A stretch of DNA of 64,000 nucleotides from Eledone cirrhosa (GCA_964016885.1 OZ024757.1:15562001-15626000), one strand, 5' to 3'; counted from the stretch's first letter, positions 1-13,398 are shown. The notes: a model not told the origin generated them from the sequence alone. Program-made: numbers and translations.

Positions 1-118
1 TTAATGATAGGATCTCCAATAATTGAGCCACAACACTATTATGATAAGTTTAACGCCTCAACCCCTGGGCCGCATGTCTGAATGTATATGAATCTTGTAT
101 CACATTTGGTGATGAGTA

Positions 119-323
119 TTAACCATTTAGCATTTACATTACTCTATATTTACTATTGTATTTTTGTGGTAAAGACTTTATCTCACTCACATAATATAGA
201 ATCTATGAGATTTTGAGAACAATACCTTAACATAAGTATGAGTGGCTGGTTACAGCCAGTTTTAACAGAAAGAGGTGAGAGAATTCTGGCCGGATATGGT
301 CAGTTTAAATGTTAAAGGGTTAA
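119..323. mobile_element. piggyBac-like MITE (TTAA-CCCTTTAGCATTTA ... TAAATGCTAAAGGG-TTAA family)
   Basis: TTAA at both ends, degenerate TIRs, ~205-230 bp body shared with about 10 other copies in the window. Confidence 0.7.
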
Positions 324-716
324 AGTTATGCAACCAAGAGGGCTGCCTATTTTGGGAATTATATTGGCTGAATATTCCACAATCACATGTATTCTTAACA
401 CAACACTCACACAGAATTAGTCACATAGTCTGACAAGCCTGAATCTTTGAATTACAGTTACTATAAATGGCTGAGTATTCTACAGGCATGTGTACCTTGA
501 CTGAAATTCCCTGCCAATATCAGCAAAATATACTGGGTGACCAGACTGGCCATTTGCTGGACTACAACACAGTTTTCATCAACCAAATATCACTTACAAG
601 GTAGGGCTGAAACTGAAGGCATAGTAAAAGACAAAAGATGCCATAATGTGGGTGAGAACTCCTGTTCTATGACTGTGAAGTAAAGAAACTTCTTGACCAC
701 ATGGCAATGCTTGCAC

Positions 717-754
717 ATATATATGTATATATGCATATATATACACAAACACAC

Positions 755-818
<64 letters not shown>

Positions 819-832
819 TATATAAACATATA

Positions 833-870
<38 letters not shown>

Positions 871-882
871 TATATGTATATA

Positions 883-913
<31 letters not shown>

Positions 914-1020
914 GCATAAACATATATATATGTATATATGCATAAACATATATATATATATACATATATGTATACATCCATACATACATAAACATATATA
1001 TATATACATACAAACACATG
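717..1020. repeat. (TA)n/(TACA)n microsatellite
   Basis: Direct reading. Confidence 0.95.
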
Positions 1021-1069
1021 TACATGCAAGTGCTTTTGTGTATGCATAGATACATGGATGCATAGAAGC

Positions 1070-2757
1070 ATGTATGTATATGTGTATCTGTATGCATACA
1101 TGTATGCATATATGTGTGTATGTGTCTGTATGTATGTATGCATGCATGTATGTATGTGTGTGTGTCTTTATGTATGTGTGTTTATATGAATGTATCTATG
1201 TATGCATGTATATGTGTATCTGTATGCATACATGTATGCATGTATGTGTGTATGTGTCTGTATGTATGCATGCATGTATGTATGTATGTATGTGTATGTG
1301 TCTTTATATATGTCTGTTTATATGAATATATCTATGTATGCATGTATATGTATATCTGTGTGCATGTATGTATATGTGTATCTGTATGCATACATGTATG
1401 CATCTATGTGTGTATGTGTCTGTATGTATGCATGCATGTATGTATGTGTGTGTATGTGTCTTTATGTATGTGTGTTTATATGAATATATCTATGTATGCA
1501 TGTATATGTATATCTGTGTGCATGTATGTATATGTGTATCTGTATGCATACATGTATGCATGTATGTGTGTATGTGCCTGTATGTATGCATGCATGTATG
1601 TATGTATGTGTATGTGTCTTTATGTATGTGTGTTTATATGAATGTATCTATGTATGCATGTATATCTGTGTGTGTATGGTAAGTGTATAAAAGTATGTGT
1701 GTGTATGTGTCTATGTATGTGTGTTTATATGACTGTATCTATGTATGCATGTATATGTATATGTGTGTGTGTATGGTAAGTGTATAAAAGTATGTGTGTG
1801 TATGTGTCTATGTATGTGTGTTTATATGAATGTATCTATGTATGCATGTATATGTATATCTGTGTGTGTATGGTAAGTGTATAAAAGTATGTGTGTATGT
1901 GTCTATGTATGTGTGTTTATATGAATGTATCTATGTATGCATGTATATGTATATCTGTGTGTGTATGGTAAGTGTATAAAAGTATGTGTGTGTATGTGTC
2001 TTTATGTATGTGTGTTTATATGACTGTATCTATGTATGCATGTATATGTATATCTGTGTGTGTATGGTAAGTGTATAAAAGTATGTGTGTATGTGTCTAT
2101 GTATGTGTGTTTATATGAATGTATCTATGTATGCATGTATATGTATATCTGTGTGTGTATGGTAAGTGTATAAAAGTATGTGTGTGTATGTGTCTATGTA
2201 TGTGTGTTTATATGAATGTATCTATGTATGCATGTATATGTATATCTGTGTGTGTATGGTAAGTGTATAAAAGTATGTGTGTATGTGTCTATGTATGTGT
2301 GTTTATATGAATGTATCTATGTATGCATGTATATGTATATCTGTGTGTGTATGGTAAGTGTATAAAAGTATGTGTGTGTATGTGTCTATGTATGTGTGTT
2401 TATATGAATGTATCTATGTATGCATGTATATGTATATCTGTGTGTGTATGGTAAGTGTATAAAAGTATGTGTGTGTATGTGTCTATGTATGTGTGTTTAT
2501 ATGAATATATCTATGTATGCATGTATATGTATGTCTGTGTGTGTATGGTAAGTGTATAAAAGTATGTGTGTGTATGTGTCTATGTATGTGTGTTTATATG
2601 ACTGTATCTATGTATGCATGTATATGTATATCTGTGTGTGTATGGTAAGTGTATAAAAGTATGTGTGTGTATGTGTCTTTATGTATGTGTGTTTATATGA
2701 ATATATCTATGTATGCATGTATATGTATGTCTGTGTGTGTATGGTAAGTGTATAAAA
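1070..2757. repeat. Microsatellite-derived minisatellite, ~95-99 bp unit
   Basis: ggtaagtgtataaaa recurs 12 times between ~1678 and ~2743 at ~97 bp spacing, embedded in (TATG/TG)n sequence. Confidence 0.9.
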
Positions 2758-2985
2758 AAGATACAAGACAGCTGTTTGAAAATACATATATATAAAAAAA
2801 AAGAGAGAACATTTTAACATAAGAATGAAATAGCAAAGAGAGAAAGACTGTTAATCAAACAATTAATAAATTAATAAATAAATCAATTAATCAAAATCAA
2901 ATTAAATACATTCAAAACAAAGTGATATCAATTGATATCGAATGAAAAAAAAAAAAAAAAAAAAAAATGTGAGTAAATTAAAATT

Positions 2986-2994
2986 AAAGGATAT
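2986..2994 (-). other. U12-type (minor spliceosome) AT-AC 5' splice site
   Basis: Minus strand reads GAA TGG GG|ATATCCTTT, an exact match to the U12 donor consensus RTATCCTTT. It lies where Cav/Nav channel genes carry a conserved U12 intron. Confidence 0.92.
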
Positions 2995-3188
2995 CCCCAT
3001 TCAATAATGATTTTTGCATACTTGCGGATGAAGTTCTCCTCACTGAAGATAAACAGTGACCTGTTCGCAGAAGATCCCATTCCCGGAAGACTTATTGTGG
3101 CGGCTTTTTTGGCCACAAACCTCAGTGATCCATCATGTGTATAATCAGAATCATCTCTATTGCCACTGTCCGCGGAGAAGGTATTCAT
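2995..3188 (-). CDS. Cav2: First coding exon of a voltage-gated calcium channel alpha1 subunit, Cav2 (CACNA1A/B/E, cacophony) type; the gene continues off the left edge
   Basis: Translates MNTFSADSGNRDDSDYTHDGSLRFVAKKAATISLPGMGSSANRSLFIFSEENFIRKYAKIIIEWG. The RSLFIFSEENFIRKYAKIIIEW segment is the conserved pre-IS1 region of Cav2 channels (normally followed by PFEY). Acceptor tttcctctcAG at 3190-3191 (minus), exon starts at 3189, ATG at 3188-3186, phase-2 donor after 2995. Confidence 0.93.
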
Positions 3189-3246
3189 TCTGAGAGGAAA
3201 TAAATACGACACACCAAATATATATATTTATATATATATGTGTATA

Positions 3247-3283
<37 letters not shown>

Positions 3284-3287
3284 TATA

Positions 3288-3327
<40 letters not shown>

Positions 3328-3384
3328 AAAAAAAACCACAACACAGTCAACACCAAACACAGCAGACACCAAACAAAACCTACG

Positions 3385-4900
3385 ACAGCAACAGCCACAT
3401 CAACAACAGCGATGACAGCGATGACAACAACAGCAGCAGCAACGACAACAACAACGGTAACGACGACAACAACAACAACAACAGCAGCAAGGAGACAACG
3501 AAGGTGAAGATGGCTGTGACAGGGTTGCAGCAGTAGTTATTGTTATATCAGAAGATGGGTGACAAGACACAGAAAGATTGCTGCACCAATCATCTAATGC
3601 TGCTAAATTGGTGCTGTTGCACCCTGCTGCAACCACGAAAAAATGCAGATTGAGAAATCCTTTCAGTCACCATTGTTACTTGTCGTTGTTGTTGTTGTTG
3701 TTGTTGTTGTTGTTACAGGTGGTTTTTTATATTACTGATCAGTATAGTAAAAATATTGATATCAGCAATATTATAGTTTTGTAGCAGTAAATATAATAAT
3801 AATAATAATAACAGTAATAATATCAATGTTTGTTGTTGTTGTTGTTATTGTTGCTGTTGTTGTAGGTGGTTTTTAAAACAATAATAAATGTGATATCAGT
3901 AATATTGTTATTGTTGTTGTTCTGATATCGTTGTTGTTGTTGTTGTTGTTGCTGTTGTGATATCAATATTGTTATAATATCGACAATGTCAGTGTTGTGA
4001 TAATAATTATGTCATTTTTGTTGCTGTGATATCAACAATATTAGTGTTGTTGTTGTGACGTCAATTATGTTAGTGTTGTGATATCAATATGAGTGTTGCT
4101 GTGATATCAATATTGTTGTGACGTCAATGATGTTAGCGTTGTGACATCAATTATGTTAGTTTTGTGATATCAATATGAGTGTTGTTGTGATATCAATATT
4201 GTTGTGACGTCAATGATGTTAGCGTTGTGACATCAATTACGTTAGTGCTGTTGTGATATCAATATTGTTGTGATATCATTATTGTTGTAATATCAATTAT
4301 GTTAGTGTTATTGTGATATCAATATTGTTGTGATATCAATTATGTCATTCTTGTGATATCATTATTGTTGTAATATCAATTATGTTAGTGTTATTTTGAT
4401 ATCAAGATTGTTGTGATATTTGTGATGTTAGTGTTGTTGTTATATCAATATCATTGTAATATCAATATTTTAATGTTGCGATATCAGTGATGTTAGTGTT
4501 GTGATATCAATATTGTAATATCAATTATGTTAGTGTTATCATAAATATTTTGTTGTAATATCAACCATATTAGTGTTGTGATATCAGTGATATTAGTGTT
4601 GTGATATCAGTGATATTAGTGTTGTGATATCAGTGATATTAGTGTTATGATATCAGTGATGTTAGTGTTATGATATCAATGATGTTAGTGTTATAATATC
4701 AATGATGTCTGTGTTGTGATATCAATGATGTTAGTGTTGTGCTATCATTGATGTTTTTGTTGTCATAAATATTTTGTTGCTGGTGGCATTGTTGTGTTGT
4801 GATGTCACTGACGTTAGTGTTGTGATGTCACTGATGTTAGTGTTGTGATATCAATAGCATTGTTGTGATGTTGTTGTTATTATTGTGCTATTATTGTTGA
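3385..4900. repeat. (ACA)n/(GTT)n tracts and a degenerate ~21-bp gttgtgatatca-type repeat
   Basis: Direct reading; tgttgtgatatca recurs dozens of times between 3900 and 4860. Confidence 0.85.
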
Positions 4901-5042
4901 TGTTATTGTTCTTGGTGTTGTCATATTTTAATCTATATTTCCTTGTTAAATGCTGCTTGTTTCTTTCCTGTTGTATTAACTCCACAAAAGATGTATTTTT
5001 CACTCTCACTGTAAATTCTTGATGCGTTTTACACATATTCCA

Positions 5043-5076
<34 letters not shown>

Positions 5077-5282
5077 ACATACATACATATATAAATGTAT
5101 GTATGTATGTTTAATACATATATACAGATTTCTAAACTATACTGATATACATATATCTATACAACAGTATCTCTATATGTATGTGTCTTCATATATATAT
5201 ATATACATATATATAGGTATATAGTTATATAAGTACATATATACTTACAGACATCAGTATACTTACATATGTATGTGTCTAC

Positions 5283-5341
<59 letters not shown>

Positions 5342-5909
5342 GTCAACGACACTTCTTCAGTTTTTGTATTTGCTTTTTAATCTTTTTTTTCTTCTCTTCA
5401 TAAAAAAGATTTGGAGGGAATTGTTTTAAAATTTTGATTTGTTTAAATTAAGTTTTCTTCCACAATTCAATTGCTTTAGGAAACAGTTAAAAAAGATGTC
5501 GTCCAGAGCGACAAATTATCAAACACTTTTTGTCTTTTTACTTCCAATTTACTCCATTTTGGTTTTATATCCAGTTGTTATCGTATGGTGAAATATCCAT
5601 GGAGAAAAAATACGGATGGTAGGGAAGGGGTTAATTTTGGTAAGAAGACCAATAGTAATAATAATAGTTGTAATATTGGTAATTAATAGTAATTATAGTA
5701 AATAAATATCAGATATTACTAACATTAAATTATAATTCTAAAAAAAAAATATTATATGATAATACTATAAATGATAATGTTAAAAAAATATGTGATAATA
5801 CTAATAATAAAGTATAATTCTAATAAATAATGATGCTAGAAATACTAATAATAAATAATAAAGATTATGAAATAATTATGAATAAATTAATGATGACTGA
5901 CATACATAT

Positions 5910-6102
5910 GTAAGATAGAAAGATAGACAGATAGATAGATGGGCAGATAGATAGGTAGATAGAGGGAGATAGATAGATAGGTAGATAGATGGATATATAG
6001 ATAGGTAGATAGATAGGTAGGTAGATAGGTAAATAGATAGATAGGTAGGTAGATAGATAGATAGATAGATAAAGAAGCAGGGAGATAGATAGGTAGATAG
6101 AT
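5910..6102. repeat. (GATA/GGTA)n microsatellite
   Basis: Direct reading. Confidence 0.9.
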
Positions 6103-6662
6103 TTTTAATGTAATTCAAAGTGTGACAGTATAGGGGAAGATGTGACAGAGAAATTGACAGATATACTAAAAATGTAACATGAGAAAACTAGAATAGAAGA
6201 GAAAGAGAGAAAAAGGTCAGAAATAAAACACAAAAGGTGTAAGAGAGAGAGTCCTGAGGGGTTGAAGAAAAATATAAGGAAATAATTATTTTAAAAGGTT
6301 TATTTTATCTAGATATCACACTGTATATTTAGGTGGGTGTATATAGACGTTGTGAATGAAAGAGAATATGCAGAACAGTCTGCAGCAAAACAATGGTATG
6401 GTTTGGTATGGTAATGGTATGGTTATGACAGACGGACTGACACCTACTTAGAAGGAAGGAACCGCCAAATCCAACAAGTGTTTGACGCTAATTAATGGAA
6501 ACTAATATAGTATTTTAATTAACGTAATAATCAGGGAGATTTCAGAGGGAGATTATACATACTGACGCTATACACAGGCTCACTAACTATACACATATAT
6601 ACACACATTCATACAACAATCCATCCATTTATTCGTTCATATACATTCACACACATACATAC

Positions 6663-6711
<49 letters not shown>

Positions 6712-7549
6712 TATTTACAGGTAAAGATGAATGTTGAGGTATGGAGAGAGAGAGAGAGATGTTCGTTGCGTGTGATGAAATGAATGGGAAATAAGGTAAA
6801 CAACGAATTTAGAAAAAATAGCTAAGAACGATGATAGTGAAAGAAGAGGTGATAAAATAATGAAGAAGAAAAGAAAAATGTTTTTTTTTTCTTTTTTAAC
6901 GAGATCTATGAATATTTACATATAAGGGTGTTTTAATAAAAGAAATTAAAAATCTGGGTTTTGTGCTGTAGGAACAGTTAATTTTAAAGAATTTTTCTAC
7001 GTTTTTCTCTGTCACCGAGAACATTTGGGAAATAGGTGTTCGTGACAAGACGAACTTGAAATAATGAGAGCACCAAACCTTTGGAAAGTGAAATAAGCAG
7101 ACGGAAAATAGAGGACGAAACAAGCGAAAAAGAAAATCGAATATATTTGTAGAAAACTAACGTTAAAATAAAAATTAAGGCATGCGATATTTAGTAAAAT
7201 ATTAAAAGGAAAACATACTCAAAATAACAACCAAAAAAAAAAAAAAGGTTTAAATAACAACAGTAGTATTAGTAATATCAACAATAATAGTAATAATAAT
7301 AATAATAATAATAATATTAGTATAGTATTGGGTATAAAAAAACGGGGAGAGAGAGAAAGAGAGAGAGAAATAAATGACTTAACAGGGTGTCCATATATAT
7401 ATATTGTCTGTCTGTCTCCCCAAATGTAGTTGATAGTCAATGAGACATATTAAATTGGTGGAATGAGAACGGCAATTTTCCCCCTGTTCATCCACCACAA
7501 CCAGTATTTAGAACCTACACTAAATCATCGCATACACTGTTAATGTATG

Positions 7550-7815
7550 TTGCTCTCCCCCTCTCTATCATTGGCTCTGCCTCTCGCTTTCTCTCCCATT
7601 CTCCCTCTTCTAATGTCTCTGTCTCTCCCTCTTTTATTATCTCTACCTATCCCTCTCTCTCTCTCTCTCTCTATCTCTGTCTCCCCCTCTCTCTCTCTCT
7701 CTCGCTTTCTCAATGTGTTAGCTTCTTGCTCTCCCTTCCCACCCCCTCTCACTTGCTTACTGTCCCTCTTTCTCGCTCTCCCTCTTAATGCCCGTCTCTC
7801 GCCGTCTCTGTCCCT

Positions 7816-7872
<57 letters not shown>

Positions 7873-8445
7873 GTGTTAACTCCTTGCTCTCCCTTTTTCC
7901 CTCTCACACTCTCTTAATGTCTCTCTCTTTCGCTTTCTCTTACTCTCTCTGTCTTTCGATCTCTTGTACAGTTTTTCTCTCTTGCTCTCTCACAATGTGT
8001 TTGCTTCTCGTTCTCCCTTTCCCCTTACCCACTCTCTTAATGTCTCTGTTTTTTCGCTATCTCTGTCTTCCCCTCACACTCACTCCTCATTCTCTAATAA
8101 ACTATCTCTATTGTCCCCCATCTCTCTCTAATAAGCATGCTTGCCACCCTCTCTCTAATAAACGATGCATGCTACATATCTTTCTCTTTGCTCCGTCTCT
8201 CTCTCCCTGTCCCTTAGTACAGTCTCTATTCCATTCTCTATCTCTCTCTCCCTGTCTCTTAGTGCAGTCGCTCTCACTCCCTTTCTCTATCTCTCTTTCA
8301 TAAACCACGAGAAAGCAAGGTACGTTTGACAGAGAGAAAGTGAGACATAGACAGAGTGAGAAAGAGAAAGGGGGGAGTGAGATAGAGAGAGGAAATGAGG
8401 GAGAGAGAGAGAGTAAAGGAGAGGGACAGAAAGAGACGGAGAGCA
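7550..8445. repeat. CT-rich then GA-rich low-complexity tract
   Basis: Direct reading. Confidence 0.85.
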
Positions 8446-8711
8446 TCCAACATTAATGTAAGATGTAGAACGATTCCACGACTGCTGACGTCAGGTGGAG
8501 GAGTTTGTTTGTTACAAGGCGCTTTGCCCGAATGAATTAGAGAAAACGCACGGAGATTGTTGGCGAGACAGACAGACAGACGAGCGGACAAACAGACAGA
8601 TAAACGTTACAAACACCAATAGATGAGGAAGAGATACGTGAATGCTAAAGTACCTCTACAGTGTGCATAGATGAATGGTTAGATGGTTGGATGGATAGGA
8701 AGATAGATATA

Positions 8712-9362
8712 TTTCTTTATTTACCATAAAGGCATAAAAAGACGGGACAAATACAAAGGGGGAGTTTACATAAAACCGAGTAAAAAGGGTATAAAATGAA
8801 AATAATCGAAAACAACCTCAAAAGGGAGGGGACGTGATGGGGGTTGCACCCCCCCCCCCGAAAAAGTGTGCAATCCTTTGCCCGGGGAGCACATGGAGAA
8901 GGTGCTCCCCCTCTCCTTCACTTCTTTACCTACAGGATGGTATACAGAGAAGGCCCATTTACACGAGCTAATAGGAAGATAGAGATATTTCTATTTATTG
9001 CCACGAGGGAGCAAAAGAAGGGGACAAATACAAGGGGGATGGGGGGGGGGGGCAGTTTATACAAAACGGCGAGTAAAGTAAACAAATAACATATAAAATT
9101 AACAATAAAGTCCTCAATAGGAAGGAGGCGTTTTGGGAGGTCGCCCCCCCCCCCCCCCCGTGAAAAAAGTGTGCAACCCTTCTCCTCAGGAGCACAGAGA
9201 TAGGGTGCTCCCTCGTTCCTTCATCTTTTCCTCAACCTACAGGCTGATGTAGAGAGAAGGCCCATTCACACGGGCCATTCTCGCCACTTTCACCCACCTT
9301 TCATAAAAACGACTGGGGGGTGGAGCACCTCTCTCTCCATCCTGATCCTTCTTCCGGAATGG
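8712..9362 (-). mobile_element. Two tandem 3'-end fragments of an L1/Tx1-like LINE (8712-8967, 8988-9362)
   Basis: Minus ORF end ...RFYERWVKVARMARVNGPSLYISL*, followed by a shared 3' UTR ending in an AATAAAGAAA-like terminus. The F.ERW motif near the C-terminus resembles Tx1 ORF2. Confidence 0.6.
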
Positions 9363-9403
9363 TATCGGAAGAAAGATAGGAAGAGAGATATCTTTCTTTA
9401 TTA

Positions 9404-9537
9404 ATTGTTTCCACTTTTTGGCACAAGGCCAGCAATTACCCCAGTACATTACTGGTACTTTATTTTATCGACCCCGTAAGGATGAAAGGCAAAGTTAACT
9501 TTGGCGGGATTTGAATTCAGACCGTAAAGGGACGTTT
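9404..9537 (-). mobile_element. tRNA-derived SINE (family B), partial
   Basis: Matches full copies at 17785-17975, 41293-41483, 42063-42245 and 55412-55602. Confidence 0.8.
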
Positions 9538-9544
9538 AGACAGA

Positions 9545-12500
9545 CAGATAGGTAGATAGATAGACAAATGGACAGGTAGGTAGACAAATGGACAGGTAGA
9601 TAGACAAATGGACAGGTAGGTAGACAAATGGACAGGTAGATAGACAAATGGACAGGTAGATAGACAAATGGACAGGTACCAGGTAGATAGACAAATGGAC
9701 AGGTAGATAGACAAATGGACAGGTAGATAGACAGATGGACAGGTAGATAGACAAATGGACAGGTAGATAGACAGATGGACAGGTAGATAGACAAATGGAC
9801 AGGTAGGTAGACAAATGGACAGGTAGATAGACAGATGGACAGGTAGATAGACAGATGGACAGGTAGATAGACAAATGGACAGGTAGGTAGACAAATGGAC
9901 AGGTAGGTAGACAGATGGACAGGTAGATAGACAAATGGACAGGTAGATAGACAAATGGACAGGTAGATAGACAAATGGACAGGTAGATAGACAGATGGAC
10001 AGGTAGCAGGTAGATAGACAGATGGACAGGTAGATAGACAAATGGACAGGTAGATAGACAAATGGACAGGTAGATAGACAAATGGACAGGTAGATAGACA
10101 GATGGACAGGTAGCAGGTAGATAGACAGATGGACAGGTAGATAGACAAATGGACAGGTAGATAGACAAATGGACAGGTAGATAGACAAATGGACAGGTAG
10201 ATAGACAGATGGACAGGTAGATAGATTTCTTTATTAGCCACAAGGGCGCAACAAGAAAGGGGACAATACAAAGACATGCCGGGGATTTTACATACAGTCG
10301 TGTAAAAAATATAAAAACAAACAATTTCAACAATCGAAATCCCCAATAGGGGGGAGGCGCCACAAATGGGTTGTTTAATACCCCGTCGATAGAACAACCC
10401 TCAACTCAAGGAGCGTGTTGTGCAAGTGCTCCTTTCTTCCCTTTGCTCTCTTCCTCAACCTACAGGCTTATAAACAGAGAAGGCCCAATCACTCGGGCCA
10501 TTTTCGCTTCATTCACCCACCTTTCAGTAAATTTACTGGGGTGCAGTGCCTCTCTCTCCACCCTGATTCTCCTTATAGACAGATGGACAGGTAGATAGAC
10601 AAATGGACAGGCAGATAGACAAATGGACAGGTAGATAGACAGATGGACAGGTAGATAGACAAATGGACAGGTAGATAGACAAATGGACAGGTAGATAGAC
10701 AAATGGACAGGTAGATAGACAAATGGAATGGTAGGTAGATAAATGGACAGGTAGATAGACAAATGGACAGGTAGATAGACAGATGGACAGGTAGATAGAC
10801 AAATTGAATGGTAGGTAGACAAATGGACAGGTAGATAGACAGATGGACAGGTAGGTAGACAAATGGACAGGTAGGTAGACAGATGGACAGGTAGATAGAC
10901 AGATGGACAGGTAGCAGGTAGATAGACAGATGGACAGGTAGATAGACAAATGGACAGGTAGATAGACAAATGGACAGGTAGATAGACAAATGGACAGGTA
11001 GCAGGTAGATAGACAAATGGAATGGTAGATAGACAAATGGACAGGTAGATAGACAGATGGACAGGTAGATAGACAGATGGACAGGTAGATAGACAAATGG
11101 ACAGGTAGATAGACAAATAGACAGGTAGATAGACAAATGGACAGGTAGATAGACAAATGGACAGGTAGATAGACAAATGGACAGGTAGATAGACAGATGG
11201 ACAGGTAGATAGACAAATGGACAGGTAGATAGACAAATGGACAGGTAGATAGACAAATGGACAGGTAGATAGACAAATGGACAGGTAGATAGACAGATGG
11301 ACAGGTAGATAGACAAATGGACAGGTAGATAGACAGATGGACAGGTAGATAGACAAATGGACAGGTAGATAGACAGATGGACAGGTAGATAGACAGATGG
11401 ACAGGTAGATAGACAGATGGACAGGTAGATAGACAAATGGACAGGTAGATAGACAAATGGACAGGTAGATAGACAAATGGACAGGTAGATAGACAGATGG
11501 ACAGGTAGATAGACAGATGGACAGGTAGATAGACAGATGGACAGGTAGATAGACAGATGGACAGGTAGATAGACAAATGGACAGGTAGATAGACAAATGG
11601 AATGGTAGGTAGATAAATGGACAGGTAGATAGACAAATGGACAGGTAGATAGACAGATGGACAGGTAGATAGACAAATTGAATGGTAGGTAGACAAATGG
11701 ACAGGTAGATAGACAGATGGACAGGTAGGTAGACAAATGGACAGGTAGGTAGACAGATGGACAGGTAGATAGACAGATGGACAGGTAGCAGGTAGATAGA
11801 CAGATGGACAGGTAGATAGACAAATGGACAGGTAGATAGACAAATGGACAGGTAGATAGACAAATGGACAGGTAGCAGGTAGATAGACAAATGGAATGGT
11901 AGATAGACAAATGGACAGGTAGATAGACAGATGGACAGGTAGATAGACAGATGGACAGGTAGATAGACAAATGGACAGGTAGATAGACAAATAGACAGGT
12001 AGATAGACAAATGGACAGGTAGATAGACAAATGGACAGGTAGATAGACAAATGGACAGGTAGATAGACAGATGGACAGGTAGATAGACAAATGGACAGGT
12101 AGATAGACAAATGGACAGGTAGATAGACAAATGGACAGGTAGATAGACAAATGGACAGGTAGATAGACAGATGGACAGGTAGATAGACAAATGGACAGGT
12201 AGATAGACAGATGGACAGGTAGATAGACAAATGGACAGGTAGATAGACAGATGGACAGGTAGATAGACAGATGGACAGGTAGATAGACAGATGGACAGGT
12301 AGATAGACAAATGGACAGGTAGATAGACAAATGGACAGGTAGATAGACAAATGGACAGGTAGATAGACAGATGGACAGGTAGATAGACAGATGGACAGGT
12401 AGATAGACAGATGGACAGGTAGATAGACAGATGGACAGGTAGATAGACAAATGGACAGGTAGATAGACAAATGGACAGGTAGATAGACAGATGGACAGGT

Positions 12501-12912
12501 AGATAGACAGATGGACAGGTAGATAGACAGATGGACAGGTAGATAGACAGATGGACAGGTAGATAGACAAATGGACAGGTAGATAGACAAATGGACAGGT
12601 AGATAGACAGATGGACAGGTAGATAGACAAATGGACAGGTAGATAGACAGATGGACAGGTAGATAGACAAATGGACAGGTAGATAGACAGATGGACAGGT
12701 AGATAGACAGATGGACAGGTAGATAGACAGATGGACAGGTAGATAGACAGATGGACAGGTAGATAGACAGATGGACAGGTAGATAGACAGATGGACAGGT
12801 AGATAGACAAATAGACAGGTAGATAGACAAATGGACAGGTAGGTAGACAAATAGACAGGTAGATAGACAAATGGACAGGTAGATAGACAGATGGACAGGT
12901 AGATAGACAGAT
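9545..12912. repeat. 20-bp satellite (ACAGGTAGATAGACARATGG)n with an 874-bp higher-order duplication, interrupted by a LINE 3' end
   Basis: Unit read directly. The variant marker aatggtaggtagataaatgg occurs at 10727 and 11601. Confidence 0.95.
10226..10573 (-). mobile_element. L1/Tx1-like LINE 3' fragment inserted in the 20-bp satellite
   Basis: Minus translation RRIRVEREALHPSKFTERWVNEAKMARVIGPSLFISL* plus a 3' UTR homologous to the 8.7-9.4 kb copies. Confidence 0.65.
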
Positions 12913-13010
12913 ATATAGATGGATGGATAGATAGGTAGATAGATAGAAAGCTTAAGCAATAGAGAGATTGTTAGATAAATAGATGGATTCATGGATGGGC
13001 AGCTAACAGG

Positions 13011-13061
<51 letters not shown>

Positions 13062-13066
13062 ACATG

Positions 13067-13098
<32 letters not shown>

Positions 13099-13225
13099 AA
13101 TATGCATACATGTATTATATAGTATGTATATATATATATATATATATATACACACGTATATTATATATATATATACACACATATATTATATATATATATA
13201 TATACACACATATATATATATATAT

Positions 13226-13272
<47 letters not shown>

Positions 13273-13398
13273 TTATATAGTATACACATATATGTGTATA
13301 CACATATATATAGTATACACATATATATGTGTATATATATATATATATATATACACATATATATACACACATATTTATACACACATATATATATATAT

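Noticed and set aside
590-1690. Y/I/H/C/V/M-rich ORFs here and throughout the window
   Set aside because: Translations of (TA)n, (CA)n and (TATG)n microsatellites.
1678-2757. Array of GTAAGT splice-donor motifs
   Set aside because: On the plus strand, antisense to Cav2; simply part of the minisatellite unit.
2928-2994. C-terminal extension YPLILIYSHFFFF of the Cav2 ORF, and the N-terminal MSYLFPLR
   Set aside because: Intron sequence beyond the U12 donor and before the AG acceptor.
4050-4215. Multiple TGACGTCA (CRE) sites
   Set aside because: Point variants of the tgatatca repeat unit; no independent regulatory evidence.
10460-13097. Three 765-854 aa minus-strand ORFs
   Set aside because: Translations of the stop-free 20-bp satellite; only the last ~37 aa of one derive from a LINE.
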